From positions 1 through 60,464 of the IMG/VR virus record IMGVR_UViG_3300037014_000313: a stretch of DNA of 60,464 nt; one strand, given 5' to 3'. The DNA comes from a virus. Lineage: Duplodnaviria > Caudoviricetes. Of this stretch, positions 46,707 to 56,122 are shown one piece after another. The notes under the pieces were generated by a model. That model searched no databases and had not been told where the DNA came from. It was given only the letters and a program-made list of their open reading frames with translations. A program made the translations under genes and the position numbers. Positions within the stretch are counted from its first letter, which is position 1; the number at the start of each line of letters is the position of its first letter.

Positions 46707-46956
46707 AAACTGTGCGGTGATCCTCGGCCGTCTGCGTGAAGGCCCGATGTGTCCTGATGGTCGAGGCTTCGTGTCGTTCCACATCTGCCACAGCAACGGC
46801 ATGATCATCGAGATCAGGTGTGGAGGCAGGCTGGGAGAGGTCTGCATGGACCACCTGAAGCCGAACGATCCCATCCTCGTGTGCGGCGAGCTTCTGAAGG
46901 ATGAGGAATCCGGCCAGATCTTCGTCGAGGCCAGGACAGTCCAGTTCATGAGCTAG
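46696..46956 (+). CDS. Short SSB-like OB-fold protein
   Basis: AAGGAGG RBS; N.AVILGRL...P, HLKPND.ILV.GEL, VEARTVQF. Confidence 0.55.
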   Translation: MGDENCAVILGRLREGPMCPDGRGFVSFHICHSNGMIIEIRCGGRLGEVCMDHLKPNDPILVCGELLKDEESGQIFVEARTVQFMS

Positions 46957-46967
46957 GAGGCCATGAC

Positions 46968-47276
46968 ATGATGATCGTCTTCGTCATCGTCCTCGGCATC
47001 GTCATCGCGATCTGGGTGTCGGCGTCAGCACGTCATCCCAAGAGCGAGGCCGAGATCCGCACCATCAACCGTGCGGCAGAGGCCGAACTCAAGGTCGTGA
47101 ACGGAATCGAACGCTGCCTCCGCATCCGCGTCATCGCCGGGATGCTGCAGGGCCAGAAGTGCAAGGGCTGCGCCACGATCGTCAAGCGCGATGAACTCGA
47201 TGAAGCCGGGGAGGATTCACGCGGCCGGCCGATTCTGCTGTGCAAGAAGTGCCGCAACCTCATCGGCCTGGAATAA
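46968..47276 (+). CDS. Membrane-anchored protein with a C-terminal zinc finger
   Basis: N-terminal TM helix; CKGC...CKKC. Confidence 0.65.
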   Translation: MMIVFVIVLGIVIAIWVSASARHPKSEAEIRTINRAAEAELKVVNGIERCLRIRVIAGMLQGQKCKGCATIVKRDELDEAGEDSRGRPILLCKKCRNLIGLE

Positions 47277-47374
47277 TTCGCATCTCCTGACTCGAGTGCT
47301 TGTGCAAGCACCCGAACCAGCGCCGTTCTGCGGACGGCGCTGTGTTGGGTTCTTTCATGTAAGGAGGGCAAGTC

Positions 47375-47659
47375 ATGAGGCGACTGATCGTGACCGCGAA
47401 CGCCTGCGAGATCCCATCGGTGGGAGCCAGGGCCAGGATCGTCTTCGAGTGCTCGCCGCTGTCGATGGGCAACGAGCGCCACCGCTTCGACCATGGCATC
47501 GACCCCGTGGATGGCGTCATCGTCTACATCAACGGCACCATTGAGAAGTCGGACCTGTCCATCCGCGGCGACCTCGAAAGCATGGAGAAGCTGGGGCTGG
47601 AGATCAGGCGCGCCTGCCGCAGCCTTCGAGTGGAGGAATCCAGAAGGGAGGCGGTGTGA
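47375..47659 (+). CDS. Hypothetical protein
   Basis: AAGGAGG RBS. Confidence 0.65.
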   Translation: MRRLIVTANACEIPSVGARARIVFECSPLSMGNERHRFDHGIDPVDGVIVYINGTIEKSDLSIRGDLESMEKLGLEIRRACRSLRVEESRREAV

Positions 47660-47922
47660 CAGAATGTGACACAAGAGCGGTGTACTATGCCGTCTTCGAC
47701 GTGGAAGGGATATCGGTGGTTCGAGGCATCCGTTCACACACACCGCAGAAGGCATCGACGATCGCGCAGTCACACGCGGAGTCGGCATCGCTTCTGACCG
47801 GGAGGGAGTGGCAGTTCAAGAAGCTGCGCATCAGCTTTCCTGACTCGCTGGTCTACGATTCCGACAGCGTCACCGCCATGTCAATGTTCTCGAAGAGGTT
47901 CCAGATCCCGCGTGAGCGATGA
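47656..47922 (+). CDS. Hypothetical protein
   Basis: GTGA coupling. Confidence 0.55.
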   Translation: MTECDTRAVYYAVFDVEGISVVRGIRSHTPQKASTIAQSHAESASLLTGREWQFKKLRISFPDSLVYDSDSVTAMSMFSKRFQIPRER

Positions 47923-47977
47923 CTCACGCGGAGTCCGGAGCCCCGTGAAAGGTTCCGAGAAAGAAAGGAGGTTGACG

Positions 47978-49012
47978 ATGAACGTCAACTCGACGGCAGC
48001 CCGGGCATTCGCCCGCATGAATGCGGATGAAGCCCAGACCTTCAAGGACATGCCTTCCTTGTGGAAGGAGTTGTCCGACCTGAAGAACAGGCAGCGTGAT
48101 CAGCGCGGAACGCTGGAGGCGTTCAGGCCCAGCGTGGAGGTCGCGCAGGACAAGACGTGGTCGCTCAAGGCCATGGAGCCGGGGACGGATGCGAACGCCC
48201 TCGCCTTCAGGGAACGCGCCTTCGACCAGTTCTGCCAGACCATCGACTTCCCGTCGCGCACGCTCACGGCGTGTCCCGGGGAACTGGCGAGCCAGAGCGT
48301 CGCCTACTTCTCGTTCGCATCCGGTGGCAAGGGCAGCTTCGTGCGGATGGAGGACAACCAGATCCGGGCGTGGCTCTCGGACAAGTACGAAGCCGTGAAC
48401 CACGGCGAGATCGTGAGCCGTCTCATGGAGTCGGGGGTGCGGTGGAACGTCAACTTCGCCGGCCTCACGCCCAAGCGGATGTTCATCCTCGGCGTCGATC
48501 CCGACACGAAGTGGGACGGGCCCGATGGGTCGAAGCTCAGCCACTGCACGCTCGTGGGCAACAGCGAGACCGGGGAGGGAACCTTCTTCGCCCAGGACCT
48601 GTGGTTCGACCACATCTGCGCCAACAGGAACATCTGGGGTTGGCAGCTCCGAGGTGGAAGGTTCGACCGCATCCACAAGGGCAACGTCAGGGACGGCCTG
48701 AAGGAGATGTTCCAGTGGATCACGGCCGGCCGCACCAAGGCCGAGGAGGAGGCGAAGACCGCCTTCATCGCCGCTGCGAAGGACTTCGTGCCGGAGACCG
48801 ATGAGAAGATCATCGAGTGGGTCCGGAACTTCGGCATCGGCGCCTGGGACGCCAAGGGCGCGGTGAAGTCCGCGCACGACCGCTGGCCGGGGAAGCGACT
48901 CAGCCGCTTCAACATCGTCAGCGGCCTCACCGCGATCGCGCAGAAGAAGGACATGGATGCGCGGTACGACCTGGAGATGGCGGCCGGAGCACTCGTGATG
49001 GCGAAGAAGTAG
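47978..49012 (+). CDS. DUF932-like protein
   Basis: RAWLSDKY, NSETGEG, ICANRNIW...H, NIVSGLTAIAQ...LEMAAG. Confidence 0.7.
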   Translation: MNVNSTAARAFARMNADEAQTFKDMPSLWKELSDLKNRQRDQRGTLEAFRPSVEVAQDKTWSLKAMEPGTDANALAFRERAFDQFCQTIDFPSRTLTACPGELASQSVAYFSFASGGKGSFVRMEDNQIRAWLSDKYEAVNHGEIVSRLMESGVRWNVNFAGLTPKRMFILGVDPDTKWDGPDGSKLSHCTLVGNSETGEGTFFAQDLWFDHICANRNIWGWQLRGGRFDRIHKGNVRDGLKEMFQWITAGRTKAEEEAKTAFIAAAKDFVPETDEKIIEWVRNFGIGAWDAKGAVKSAHDRWPGKRLSRFNIVSGLTAIAQKKDMDARYDLEMAAGALVMAKK

Positions 49013-49098
49013 AGCGATCGAGGCCCGCTCATGGCGGCACCTTCGACTGGAGGGTGCCGCCACAGGGAGTCTCGATTGAAAACGAAAGGAGAAGCGAC

Positions 49099-49542
49099 AT
49101 GAAGCCAGAGTTCAGTGTGGAGCAACACCCGGTCGGGATGAGAACATTCATGAAGCTCAGGGCTTCGTTTCCACGACACCCGCTCAGCACTGCCGAAGCC
49201 CTGGAGTGGTCCATCGAGAAGTGGAGGTTCATCGAGGAGAACATCGACACCAACGTCGGCTTCTCCGATGGCGGCGATAGCACGTGCGCGCTCTGCCATC
49301 GGTTCCTCAGCACAAACTGCATCGGCTGTCCGGTGTCCCAGTTGTCCGGGCAAACGTCCTGCCTTAACACGCCATACGAAGATTTCGTGGCGTACAAGCG
49401 CAAGCTGCTGAAGAGAGGAGGACGGAAGCGTGCGATGGCCGAGCGCAAGTTCCTGGAGGGGCTGCGAGACATCGCCAAAGGCCTTGACGATGGCAGCATC
49501 AAGCCGAGTGAAGGCGCAGAAGAAGAAAAGGAGGACTGCTGA
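49099..49542 (+). CDS. Cys-rich hypothetical protein, tandem paralog A
   Basis: ALEWSIEKW, CALC, CIGCPV. Confidence 0.75.
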   Translation: MKPEFSVEQHPVGMRTFMKLRASFPRHPLSTAEALEWSIEKWRFIEENIDTNVGFSDGGDSTCALCHRFLSTNCIGCPVSQLSGQTSCLNTPYEDFVAYKRKLLKRGGRKRAMAERKFLEGLRDIAKGLDDGSIKPSEGAEEEKEDC

Positions 49543-50015
49543 TGCCAAGGTTCGAGCATTCAATGGACACGGCCGGGGACACGAAGTTGTACATCCGCAG
49601 GGAGGAGCGGCCGCCAATCGAGCTGCTTGGGGAAAACATACCCGTCATGGAGCCGTGGCCGACAACGGCTGTGGCAGCGCTGGAGTGGTCGATCCAGAAG
49701 TGGGAGTACATCGTCAAGATCCTCGAGGCCGGCGGCATCGGAAAGTCCTTCTTTGACCGCGGCTACCAGACGTGTGCGCTCTGCCAACTCTACGGCGAAA
49801 ACCATGGCAAGTCAGATGAGTGCTACGGCTGCCCAGTGGCGCATGAGGTCAACTGCACGGGATGTGGCTGCACTCCATGGATCCTATTCAGCAGCATTCC
49901 ATCGGCTGAAAACGCCAAGGCAGAACTGGATTTCCTGAAGGGGCTGCGGCAGCTCGCCAAGGATCTGGACGATGGGACGGTCAAGCCGACGCACATCGAA
50001 ATCGAAGAGGATTGA
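49542..50015 (+). CDS. Cys-rich hypothetical protein, tandem paralog B
   Basis: ALEWSIQKW, CALC, CYGCPV. Confidence 0.75.
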   Translation: MPRFEHSMDTAGDTKLYIRREERPPIELLGENIPVMEPWPTTAVAALEWSIQKWEYIVKILEAGGIGKSFFDRGYQTCALCQLYGENHGKSDECYGCPVAHEVNCTGCGCTPWILFSSIPSAENAKAELDFLKGLRQLAKDLDDGTVKPTHIEIEED

Positions 50016-50115
50016 AAGCCGCATGCACCGCGGCTCCTACGGACGGGTTCAGGATCGTGAAGAATCCTTTGCCGTTCCTGGAGCCGCGTCCATGTTGCTT
50101 TTGAAAGGAGAAGAC

Positions 50116-50502
50116 ATGATCGAGGCCAAGGCGTTCAAGGTGTTCGACGACGGCACCGTGATCCCCATCGTCGCATTCAAGGCGAGGCCCATCAGCGGTG
50201 GACCTGGCATGACCATGGAGAAGGAACAGAAAATCATGGCTCGTGCGGGCTACTATGGCAGCGCCGTGGAACAGGTTGTCGTGGTCGATCTCATCAACCA
50301 CGAGACCCAAAGCGACCCGTTCGGATGGAAGAAGTCCCATGGAAGGACGATGCACCTGGCGCACATGGCGTTGTCTGGACGTGAACATCCGGACTTCAAG
50401 TTCGTTGCCAAGAACTTCGCCTTCGATGAGTTGGAATCCGGAGCCGTCATCGACGTGGAGTACATCCTGGGAGAAACCAACGAGATCAAGAAATTCGAAT
50501 AG
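50116..50502 (+). CDS. Hypothetical protein
   Basis: AAGGAG RBS; DVEYILGE. Confidence 0.7.
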   Translation: MIEAKAFKVFDDGTVIPIVAFKARPISGGPGMTMEKEQKIMARAGYYGSAVEQVVVVDLINHETQSDPFGWKKSHGRTMHLAHMALSGREHPDFKFVAKNFAFDELESGAVIDVEYILGETNEIKKFE

Positions 50503-50513
50503 GAGGGAACCGC

Positions 50514-51011
50514 ATGGGCTACACGACGGAGTTCTCGGGTCAGATCGATGTCGTCCCTCCGCTGGACAAGGACGAGATCGCGTTCCTGAAGAAGTTCAAC
50601 CAGTCCAGGAGGATGGACAGGGAGAAGGGGCCGTACTTCGTGGACGGCACGGACAGTTACGGACAGGGTCGTGACGCCGACATCCGCAACTACAACGAGC
50701 CGCCTGAAGGCCAGCCGGGGCTGTGGTGCCAGTGGGTTCCCACGGAGTGCGGATGCGCCATCGAGTGGGACGGGGGCGAGAAGTTCTACGATTCCGCGGA
50801 GTGGATGAAGTACATCGTGGAACACTTCCTCAAGCCGGGTGCGCTGGCGATTGGCAAGGTGCCGGCGATCAAGGGCGGGCACGTCCTGAACGGCGAGATC
50901 ATGGCGCAAGGAGAGGACAGCGATGACCGCTGGAAGCTCATCGTCAAGGACAACGTCGTCATGACAGCGAGACGGTCAGAAGAGGTGTTCGAAGAACCAC
51001 AACCCGTTTAA
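50514..51011 (+). CDS. Phage hypothetical protein
   Basis: AGGAGG RBS; QPGLWCQW, WDGGEKFY. Confidence 0.75.
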   Translation: MGYTTEFSGQIDVVPPLDKDEIAFLKKFNQSRRMDREKGPYFVDGTDSYGQGRDADIRNYNEPPEGQPGLWCQWVPTECGCAIEWDGGEKFYDSAEWMKYIVEHFLKPGALAIGKVPAIKGGHVLNGEIMAQGEDSDDRWKLIVKDNVVMTARRSEEVFEEPQPV

Positions 51012-51020
51012 GGAGGAGCC

Positions 51021-51236
51021 ATGTCAGTCCTTGGAAGGCGTGGAGTCAAGCCCGACATGGAGTTCGTCTGCTGCGACTGCGACGAGAAGTTCACCGGCCA
51101 ACAGGTCATCGGCAACAGCGTCACGCTCCATATCGTGAAGGTCAACAAGGAGGAGCCGCTGAAATCCCAGTTCCGATGCGAGTGCTGCCAGGACGACCAC
51201 CACGAGAAACATTGCACCTGTGAGTGCGACGACTGA
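51021..51236 (+). CDS. Small Cys-rich protein
   Basis: AAGGAGG RBS; CCDC, CECC, CTCEC. Confidence 0.65.
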   Translation: MSVLGRRGVKPDMEFVCCDCDEKFTGQQVIGNSVTLHIVKVNKEEPLKSQFRCECCQDDHHEKHCTCECDD

Positions 51237-51246
51237 AAGGAGGCGC

Positions 51247-51606
51247 ATGATGAAGTTCCCGGTCAAGTCCGTTGGTGGGAACCTTCGAGGGGTGATTTCC
51301 GTCCACAAGATCGTGGAGAAGTACGGAGACTGCAAGGGAGATTACCTGACGAACACGATCGACCTGCTGGTCGACATCCACCACTACTGCGATGCACAGG
51401 GATGGAGCCTGGACGAACTCATTCGGCGAGTGCATGATCACTACGTGGAGGAGATCGGATCCAAGTGCGTGAGATGCAGCATCACATTCGATCCCACGGA
51501 TGAGGGATGCGAGGGAGATCCGGACATCTGCGTGGAGTGCCGAAAGAGCGCGGTCAAGGTGGCGCGCCTCATGAGAGATTTGGCAAAACTGAAAGGAGGA
51601 AAGTAG
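51247..51606 (+). CDS. Hypothetical protein with a zinc finger
   Basis: DLLVDIHHYCD; CVRC...CVEC. Confidence 0.65.
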   Translation: MMKFPVKSVGGNLRGVISVHKIVEKYGDCKGDYLTNTIDLLVDIHHYCDAQGWSLDELIRRVHDHYVEEIGSKCVRCSITFDPTDEGCEGDPDICVECRKSAVKVARLMRDLAKLKGGK

Positions 51607-51607
51607 G

Positions 51608-51913
51608 ATGGCGGAAGCGAAGGAGAACCTGAACGTGCTGGAGAACATCCGCTGCCCTGCGCGTGAGAGCCTGGAGCCGTTCGTGATCCGCGCCAGCGTG
51701 AGATGCGAGGTCACGGATGATGGCATCCAGGACGTGGAGGACTTCGAGTGGGATGAGAAGTCGTACATCTGCTGCATCGAGTGTGGGCGCGAAGGCAAGA
51801 TCAAGGACTTCATGATCAAGGAGAACGGAGATGGCAAAGGCCAAGAAGAAACGAAACCTGAATCCAACGGGGCTGGTGAATCTGTTCAAGGACAAGAGAA
51901 AGATCGCTCTTGA
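51608..51913 (+). CDS. Hypothetical protein
   Basis: AAGGAGG RBS; CIECG. Confidence 0.6.
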   Translation: MAEAKENLNVLENIRCPARESLEPFVIRASVRCEVTDDGIQDVEDFEWDEKSYICCIECGREGKIKDFMIKENGDGKGQEETKPESNGAGESVQGQEKDRS

Positions 51914-52025
51914 CACGGCCGCGAATAGGGCCGGAGATCCGATCCGCCACGCCTATTGGTGTGGACAGTTCGTGGGGTTGCAACGGGCGATCGACATCGT
52001 GAAGCGAGAGACGGGGGTGATCTGA
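51831..52025 (+). CDS. Small hypothetical protein
   Basis: GGAG RBS; stop coupled to the helicase start. Confidence 0.5.
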   Translation: MAKAKKKRNLNPTGLVNLFKDKRKIALDTAANRAGDPIRHAYWCGQFVGLQRAIDIVKRETGVI

Positions 52026-53437
52026 TGGAGATCGGCAGGCCTGCGCTCATGGAGCATCAGCGACAGGGCGTGGCGTTCCAAGCCGAGCAGCCGGCCGCGT
52101 ACCTGTGCTGTGACCGCGGGACCGGGAAGACGGCGATGGCGCTGGCGAACATGTCCGCGCTCGTGGAGAGGGGCCTGGTCAAGCGCATCCTCTACGTGGC
52201 GCCGCTGTCAACGCTCGACAACATCGTCAGGGAGGCGTACCGGTTCACTGACAACGTGAGGGCGCGCGCCGTCTTCGGCTCCAGGGTTGACAGGGAGCGG
52301 ATGCTGAAGAACCCCGGCGTCTACAACTGCGACGTCATCAACTTCGACGCCCTGCGCATCCTGCCGGAGGCGCTCACGGCCGTGGGCTACGACGCCATGG
52401 TGATCGACGAAGCCAGCCGCATCAAGGAGCGGCGCACCCAGGTGGCCCAGATCGCCATCCTCCTGGGCCGTCGCGCCAGGTATCGAAGGTGCCTGTCGGG
52501 GATGCCGTTCACCGAGGGCGTGGAGGACTTGTGGAGCCAGTTCTACTTCCTCGACGCCACGATCCTGGGCAACAACTTCTTCGGCTTCAGGAACAAGTTC
52601 TGCGTGATGGCGGAACGACGCAACTTCAAGACCGGCAAGAAGTTCCACACCATCGTGGGATACCACAACCTTGACGAGCTCGAGCGCAGGGTCAGCGGCG
52701 TCACGTTCAGGGTCAGGAAGGAGGACTGCCTGGACTTGCCGCCGAAGACGTACCAGGTGCTGAAGATCAAGATGCTGGAGGAGCAGGAGAAGGCGTACAG
52801 GCGCGTGATGAAGACCGAGTTCTCCGACATCGGCGACCACGAGATCACGCACGCGATGGCGCTGACCAAGATCGCCAAGCTCAGACAGGTCGCCGCAGGA
52901 TTCCTGTACGACGACGACCACGAGCCCGTGCTCGTGCCCACGGCGAAGTATGGCGAGCTTCGGGATCTCTTCACCGACACCCTGTACGGATCCAAGAAGA
53001 TGGTGGTCTTCACCGCGTTCAAGGCCGAGCCCGACATGGTGGAGGCCTGTGCCGGTGAATGCCAGAAGCCGATCAAAGTGTTCAGGCTTCCTGAGAACCC
53101 CGCGATCCGACAGAGCTGCGTCGACGCATGGAAGGCTTGGAAGCAGTCGCCGGCCATCCTCGTCGCCAACGTCCGAAGCGGAGGCACCGGCCTGAACCTC
53201 GAAGCCGCCGACACCGCCGTCTTCGTGTCGAACGACTGGAGGATGGAGGACCGGGTCCAGGCCGAGGACCGCATCCATCGCATGGGCAGCGAGATCCATT
53301 CCAAGATCACCATCGTCGACATCGTGACCGAGGACAGCGTCGAGGAGGACATCCTTCAGGCGCTGAAGGAGAAGAAGGATCTTGTGGACGTGTTCCTCTC
53401 GCGGATGAGGGGAGTGAAGAAAGGAGACGTGATGTGA
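52025..53437 (+). CDS. SNF2-family helicase
   Basis: HQRQGV, DRGTGKT, IDEAS, LSGMP, GGTGLNL, QAEDRIHRMG. Confidence 0.9.
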   Translation: MEIGRPALMEHQRQGVAFQAEQPAAYLCCDRGTGKTAMALANMSALVERGLVKRILYVAPLSTLDNIVREAYRFTDNVRARAVFGSRVDRERMLKNPGVYNCDVINFDALRILPEALTAVGYDAMVIDEASRIKERRTQVAQIAILLGRRARYRRCLSGMPFTEGVEDLWSQFYFLDATILGNNFFGFRNKFCVMAERRNFKTGKKFHTIVGYHNLDELERRVSGVTFRVRKEDCLDLPPKTYQVLKIKMLEEQEKAYRRVMKTEFSDIGDHEITHAMALTKIAKLRQVAAGFLYDDDHEPVLVPTAKYGELRDLFTDTLYGSKKMVVFTAFKAEPDMVEACAGECQKPIKVFRLPENPAIRQSCVDAWKAWKQSPAILVANVRSGGTGLNLEAADTAVFVSNDWRMEDRVQAEDRIHRMGSEIHSKITIVDIVTEDSVEEDILQALKEKKDLVDVFLSRMRGVKKGDVM

Positions 53438-53664
53438 TCGAGTTCAAGGCCGGCAACTTCAAGCATCTCTTCAACGAAGAATTGATCCAGCACGTTGCGA
53501 TGAATCATTCGACCGGGGACATAACCATCTGTTGTGGACGAAATGAAGACTGGGTCTTTTCGAAAGATTGCATCGACACCGACGCGCTCTGGCGCACGCT
53601 CCAGATCGCGATGTCGAATCGAAAGAATGTTTACCGGGTTGATCCCGGAGAAAGGAAAGCATGA
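53434..53664 (+). CDS. Hypothetical protein
   Basis: GTGA coupling; VIEFKAG. Confidence 0.55.
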   Translation: MIEFKAGNFKHLFNEELIQHVAMNHSTGDITICCGRNEDWVFSKDCIDTDALWRTLQIAMSNRKNVYRVDPGERKA

Positions 53665-54209
53665 CGGAGGGAATCGGAGCGACGACCCCGAAGGGACCGG
53701 AGAGCTTCATCAACGAGATGAAGTCTACGCTGGAACGCGAGGCAGACAGCATCAAGACTGCGACGGGGCGGGACATCACCAAGGCCGAGAATACTCCGGA
53801 GGATGCCCCGAGCCTGACCCTGGAAAGCATCCTCAAGATGCGGGCCACGCTCGTGACGGCGATGGAAGTCAAGGAGCAGGAAGCGGACGCGCTGAAGAAG
53901 GAGCTGGCCACGATCGACGAAGCCGTGTGCGCCCGCTTCGAAGCCGAGGGCATGACGTCGGCGAAGATCCCGGGGCTGGGAAGCTTCATCATGCAGCGGC
54001 GCACGTTCGCGTCGATCCTGCCCGACAGGAAGGTCGAAGCCATCGGACTCTTCGAGACCCATTACCCCGATCTCGTGCAGAAGACCGTGAACGCGCAGAC
54101 GCTGGGAGCGTTCTGGCGTGAGGCCAAGAAGACGGGGACGGAGATCCCGGCCGAGATCGTGGCCTGTGTCAAGGAGTCTGAGACCAAGTTCATCCAGTGG
54201 AGGAGGTAG
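53661..54209 (+). CDS. Coiled-coil replication-module protein
   Basis: Coiled coil and KTVNAQTL motif. Confidence 0.7.
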   Translation: MTEGIGATTPKGPESFINEMKSTLEREADSIKTATGRDITKAENTPEDAPSLTLESILKMRATLVTAMEVKEQEADALKKELATIDEAVCARFEAEGMTSAKIPGLGSFIMQRRTFASILPDRKVEAIGLFETHYPDLVQKTVNAQTLGAFWREAKKTGTEIPAEIVACVKESETKFIQWRR

Positions 54210-54212
54210 CCC

Positions 54213-54461
54213 ATGATCGTGATGGGAACGCTGACGGCAGCATTCGGCATCAAGTGTCCTGGATGCGGGACCGAGTACGAGACGCCGCAGGGCATCAATC
54301 CCACGACCGGCAATTTCGAGCGCATGATCCTTGTTGAAGACCATCGCGGGGGATGCTACAACTGTCCGTGCGGGATGTCATTCGCGATTTCGAAGGCTGA
54401 CTGCCGCCGGCACAACCATCACTTCTTTCCGGACGCCAAGGAATACATGGAGGAGGCATGA
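54213..54461 (+). CDS. Zinc-ribbon protein
   Basis: CPGCG...CPCG. Confidence 0.65.
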   Translation: MIVMGTLTAAFGIKCPGCGTEYETPQGINPTTGNFERMILVEDHRGGCYNCPCGMSFAISKADCRRHNHHFFPDAKEYMEEA

Positions 54462-54682
54462 ACAATCAGGAGGTTTCGATCGCCACGGCCGTCAGGGGAT
54501 CCATGCGCGTGAGGTCGGTCTTCAGCAGCTTCAAGATGTCGGACAGCATGAGCTGCCCTCACGTCGCCGCCGCTCTCGATGAGATCGGAAGGATGGACCC
54601 CTGGACCAGCGCCGACATCACGAGAACCTTCGACCGACACGGGCTTGGAGTCGGACCGGATGGGATCGCAAGGAGGACGTGA
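54458..54682 (+). CDS. Hypothetical protein
   Basis: GGAGG RBS; ATGA coupling. Confidence 0.55.
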   Translation: MNNQEVSIATAVRGSMRVRSVFSSFKMSDSMSCPHVAAALDEIGRMDPWTSADITRTFDRHGLGVGPDGIARRT

Positions 54683-54683
54683 C

Positions 54684-54890
54684 GTGGGCGACGACTACTG
54701 GAAGAAGTACGCCAAGGAGCAGCGACTCCTGGACATCAAGAAGCCAAGGAAGGGTGGATGGGTCACAACGTCCCCGAGCGAGTACGACATCAACCGCGGC
54801 AACAGGGCGTGGCGCGGCAAGGGATCGGTGGGCTCGCGGCCGGGGATGCTGGCCCGATCAACTCCGGGTGAGATGAACGCCGCGGAGTAA
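54684..54890 (+). CDS. Hypothetical protein
   Basis: AAGGAGG RBS; GTG start. Confidence 0.5.
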   Translation: MGDDYWKKYAKEQRLLDIKKPRKGGWVTTSPSEYDINRGNRAWRGKGSVGSRPGMLARSTPGEMNAAE

Positions 54891-54925
54891 AGAAAAAGTA
54901 AAACCGGGTTCTAAGCGGGTTTTAC

Positions 54926-54954
54926 TTGCTTCCGCCTTTCCGCCGCGTTATACT
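54926..54954 (+). promoter_or_regulatory. Sigma70-type promoter for the replication genes
   Basis: TTGCTT-N17-TATACT, preceded by the inverted repeat AGTAAAACC/GGTTTTACT. Confidence 0.65.
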
Positions 54955-55104
54955 TGTCCCGGCGATCGAGAAGCAGCCCGCTCTTTCAAATCTAACAAGA
55001 CCATGCGATTCATTCTCCCCTATCTCTGCGCCCCCTTGCCGGGGAAGGACAAGAGGACGCAGCTTAGGTAAGAGTCGATCGTTTCTATTTTCAAGGAGGA
55101 GCGC

Positions 55105-55902
55105 ATGACAGACCCCGCGTCGGAGAAGAAGGGACTGACCTTCTTCCAACAGATCGGAGGCGAGCTCTCCATCACGCCTGAGCAGCAGGCGGCTGTGGAA
55201 GAGATGCGGAAGGAGGGGCTGAAGGAGTCACTGGGCCTTCCGCTCGTCTACCCCAAGATCAAGCTGCTGCACCAGGACACGGCCGCATTCCAGTTCGTCG
55301 AGGAGGACGTGCTCGTCAAGTCCTTCAAGGCCATCATCATCGCCGTCGAGCCGTCACGGGTGTGGTGGCGGTCGAAGCTGGGGAGCGGAGAAGACGGGAG
55401 CGGTGGCATGCCCCAGTGCTTCAGCCGCAACCTCATCATGCCCGATGCCCAGGCCGAGGACAGACAGGCGCCGCGCTGTGCCGAGTGCTCCCAGAACGCG
55501 TGGGGCAGCGACATCAAGCAGGATGGAAGCCCCGGCCGCGGGAAGTCCTGCAAGGAGATCCGGCGCGTCTTCGTGCTGCCGGAGAACCACATGTCTCCGC
55601 ACTGGCTCGCGATTCCGCCGTCCTCTCTCAGGGCGCTGTCGAGCTTCATCATCTCCGTCGTGGACAAGGGCTTCAAGAAGCCCCAGGAGGTGGTGTGCAG
55701 CTTCTCCGCGAAGACGCAGGAGAACAAGGACGGCGTGAGCTTCTCCGAGCTCAGCCTGGCCTTGGGTGAGAGGGTTCCCGAGACCGTCTTGGCGATGATC
55801 GCCATGATGAAGAAGAACATCGAGAAGGTCTTGGAGACCGCGGCGCCGGTGTCGCAGGACGACTACTCCGGCAAGGAAGCCGTCCCCGGCGAGAACACCT
55901 AG
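55105..55902 (+). CDS. Putative ssDNA-binding or annealing protein
   Basis: PQCFS, CAECSQNAWGS, GKSCK, IPPSSL; lies just upstream of the primase gene. Confidence 0.6.
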   Translation: MTDPASEKKGLTFFQQIGGELSITPEQQAAVEEMRKEGLKESLGLPLVYPKIKLLHQDTAAFQFVEEDVLVKSFKAIIIAVEPSRVWWRSKLGSGEDGSGGMPQCFSRNLIMPDAQAEDRQAPRCAECSQNAWGSDIKQDGSPGRGKSCKEIRRVFVLPENHMSPHWLAIPPSSLRALSSFIISVVDKGFKKPQEVVCSFSAKTQENKDGVSFSELSLALGERVPETVLAMIAMMKKNIEKVLETAAPVSQDDYSGKEAVPGENT

Positions 55903-56122
55903 CCCTGTTCACGGAGCCCTCCTCCCCACCGATGCGGGCCTCGATCGCCTCGTCGCAAGGGGAGGGCTCCTCTTCCGGTGTCCATCCGTCCGCGCGCGTT
56001 TGATGTGGACCATGACGGATGGATGCCTGAAAAGGAGTCGCAAGGTCGCGTGAACAGGAAGGAGAAATCCATGGCATCCAATCACAGGGACGGTCCATCC
56101 GCTGGGCCGAGAAGGGAGGTCG

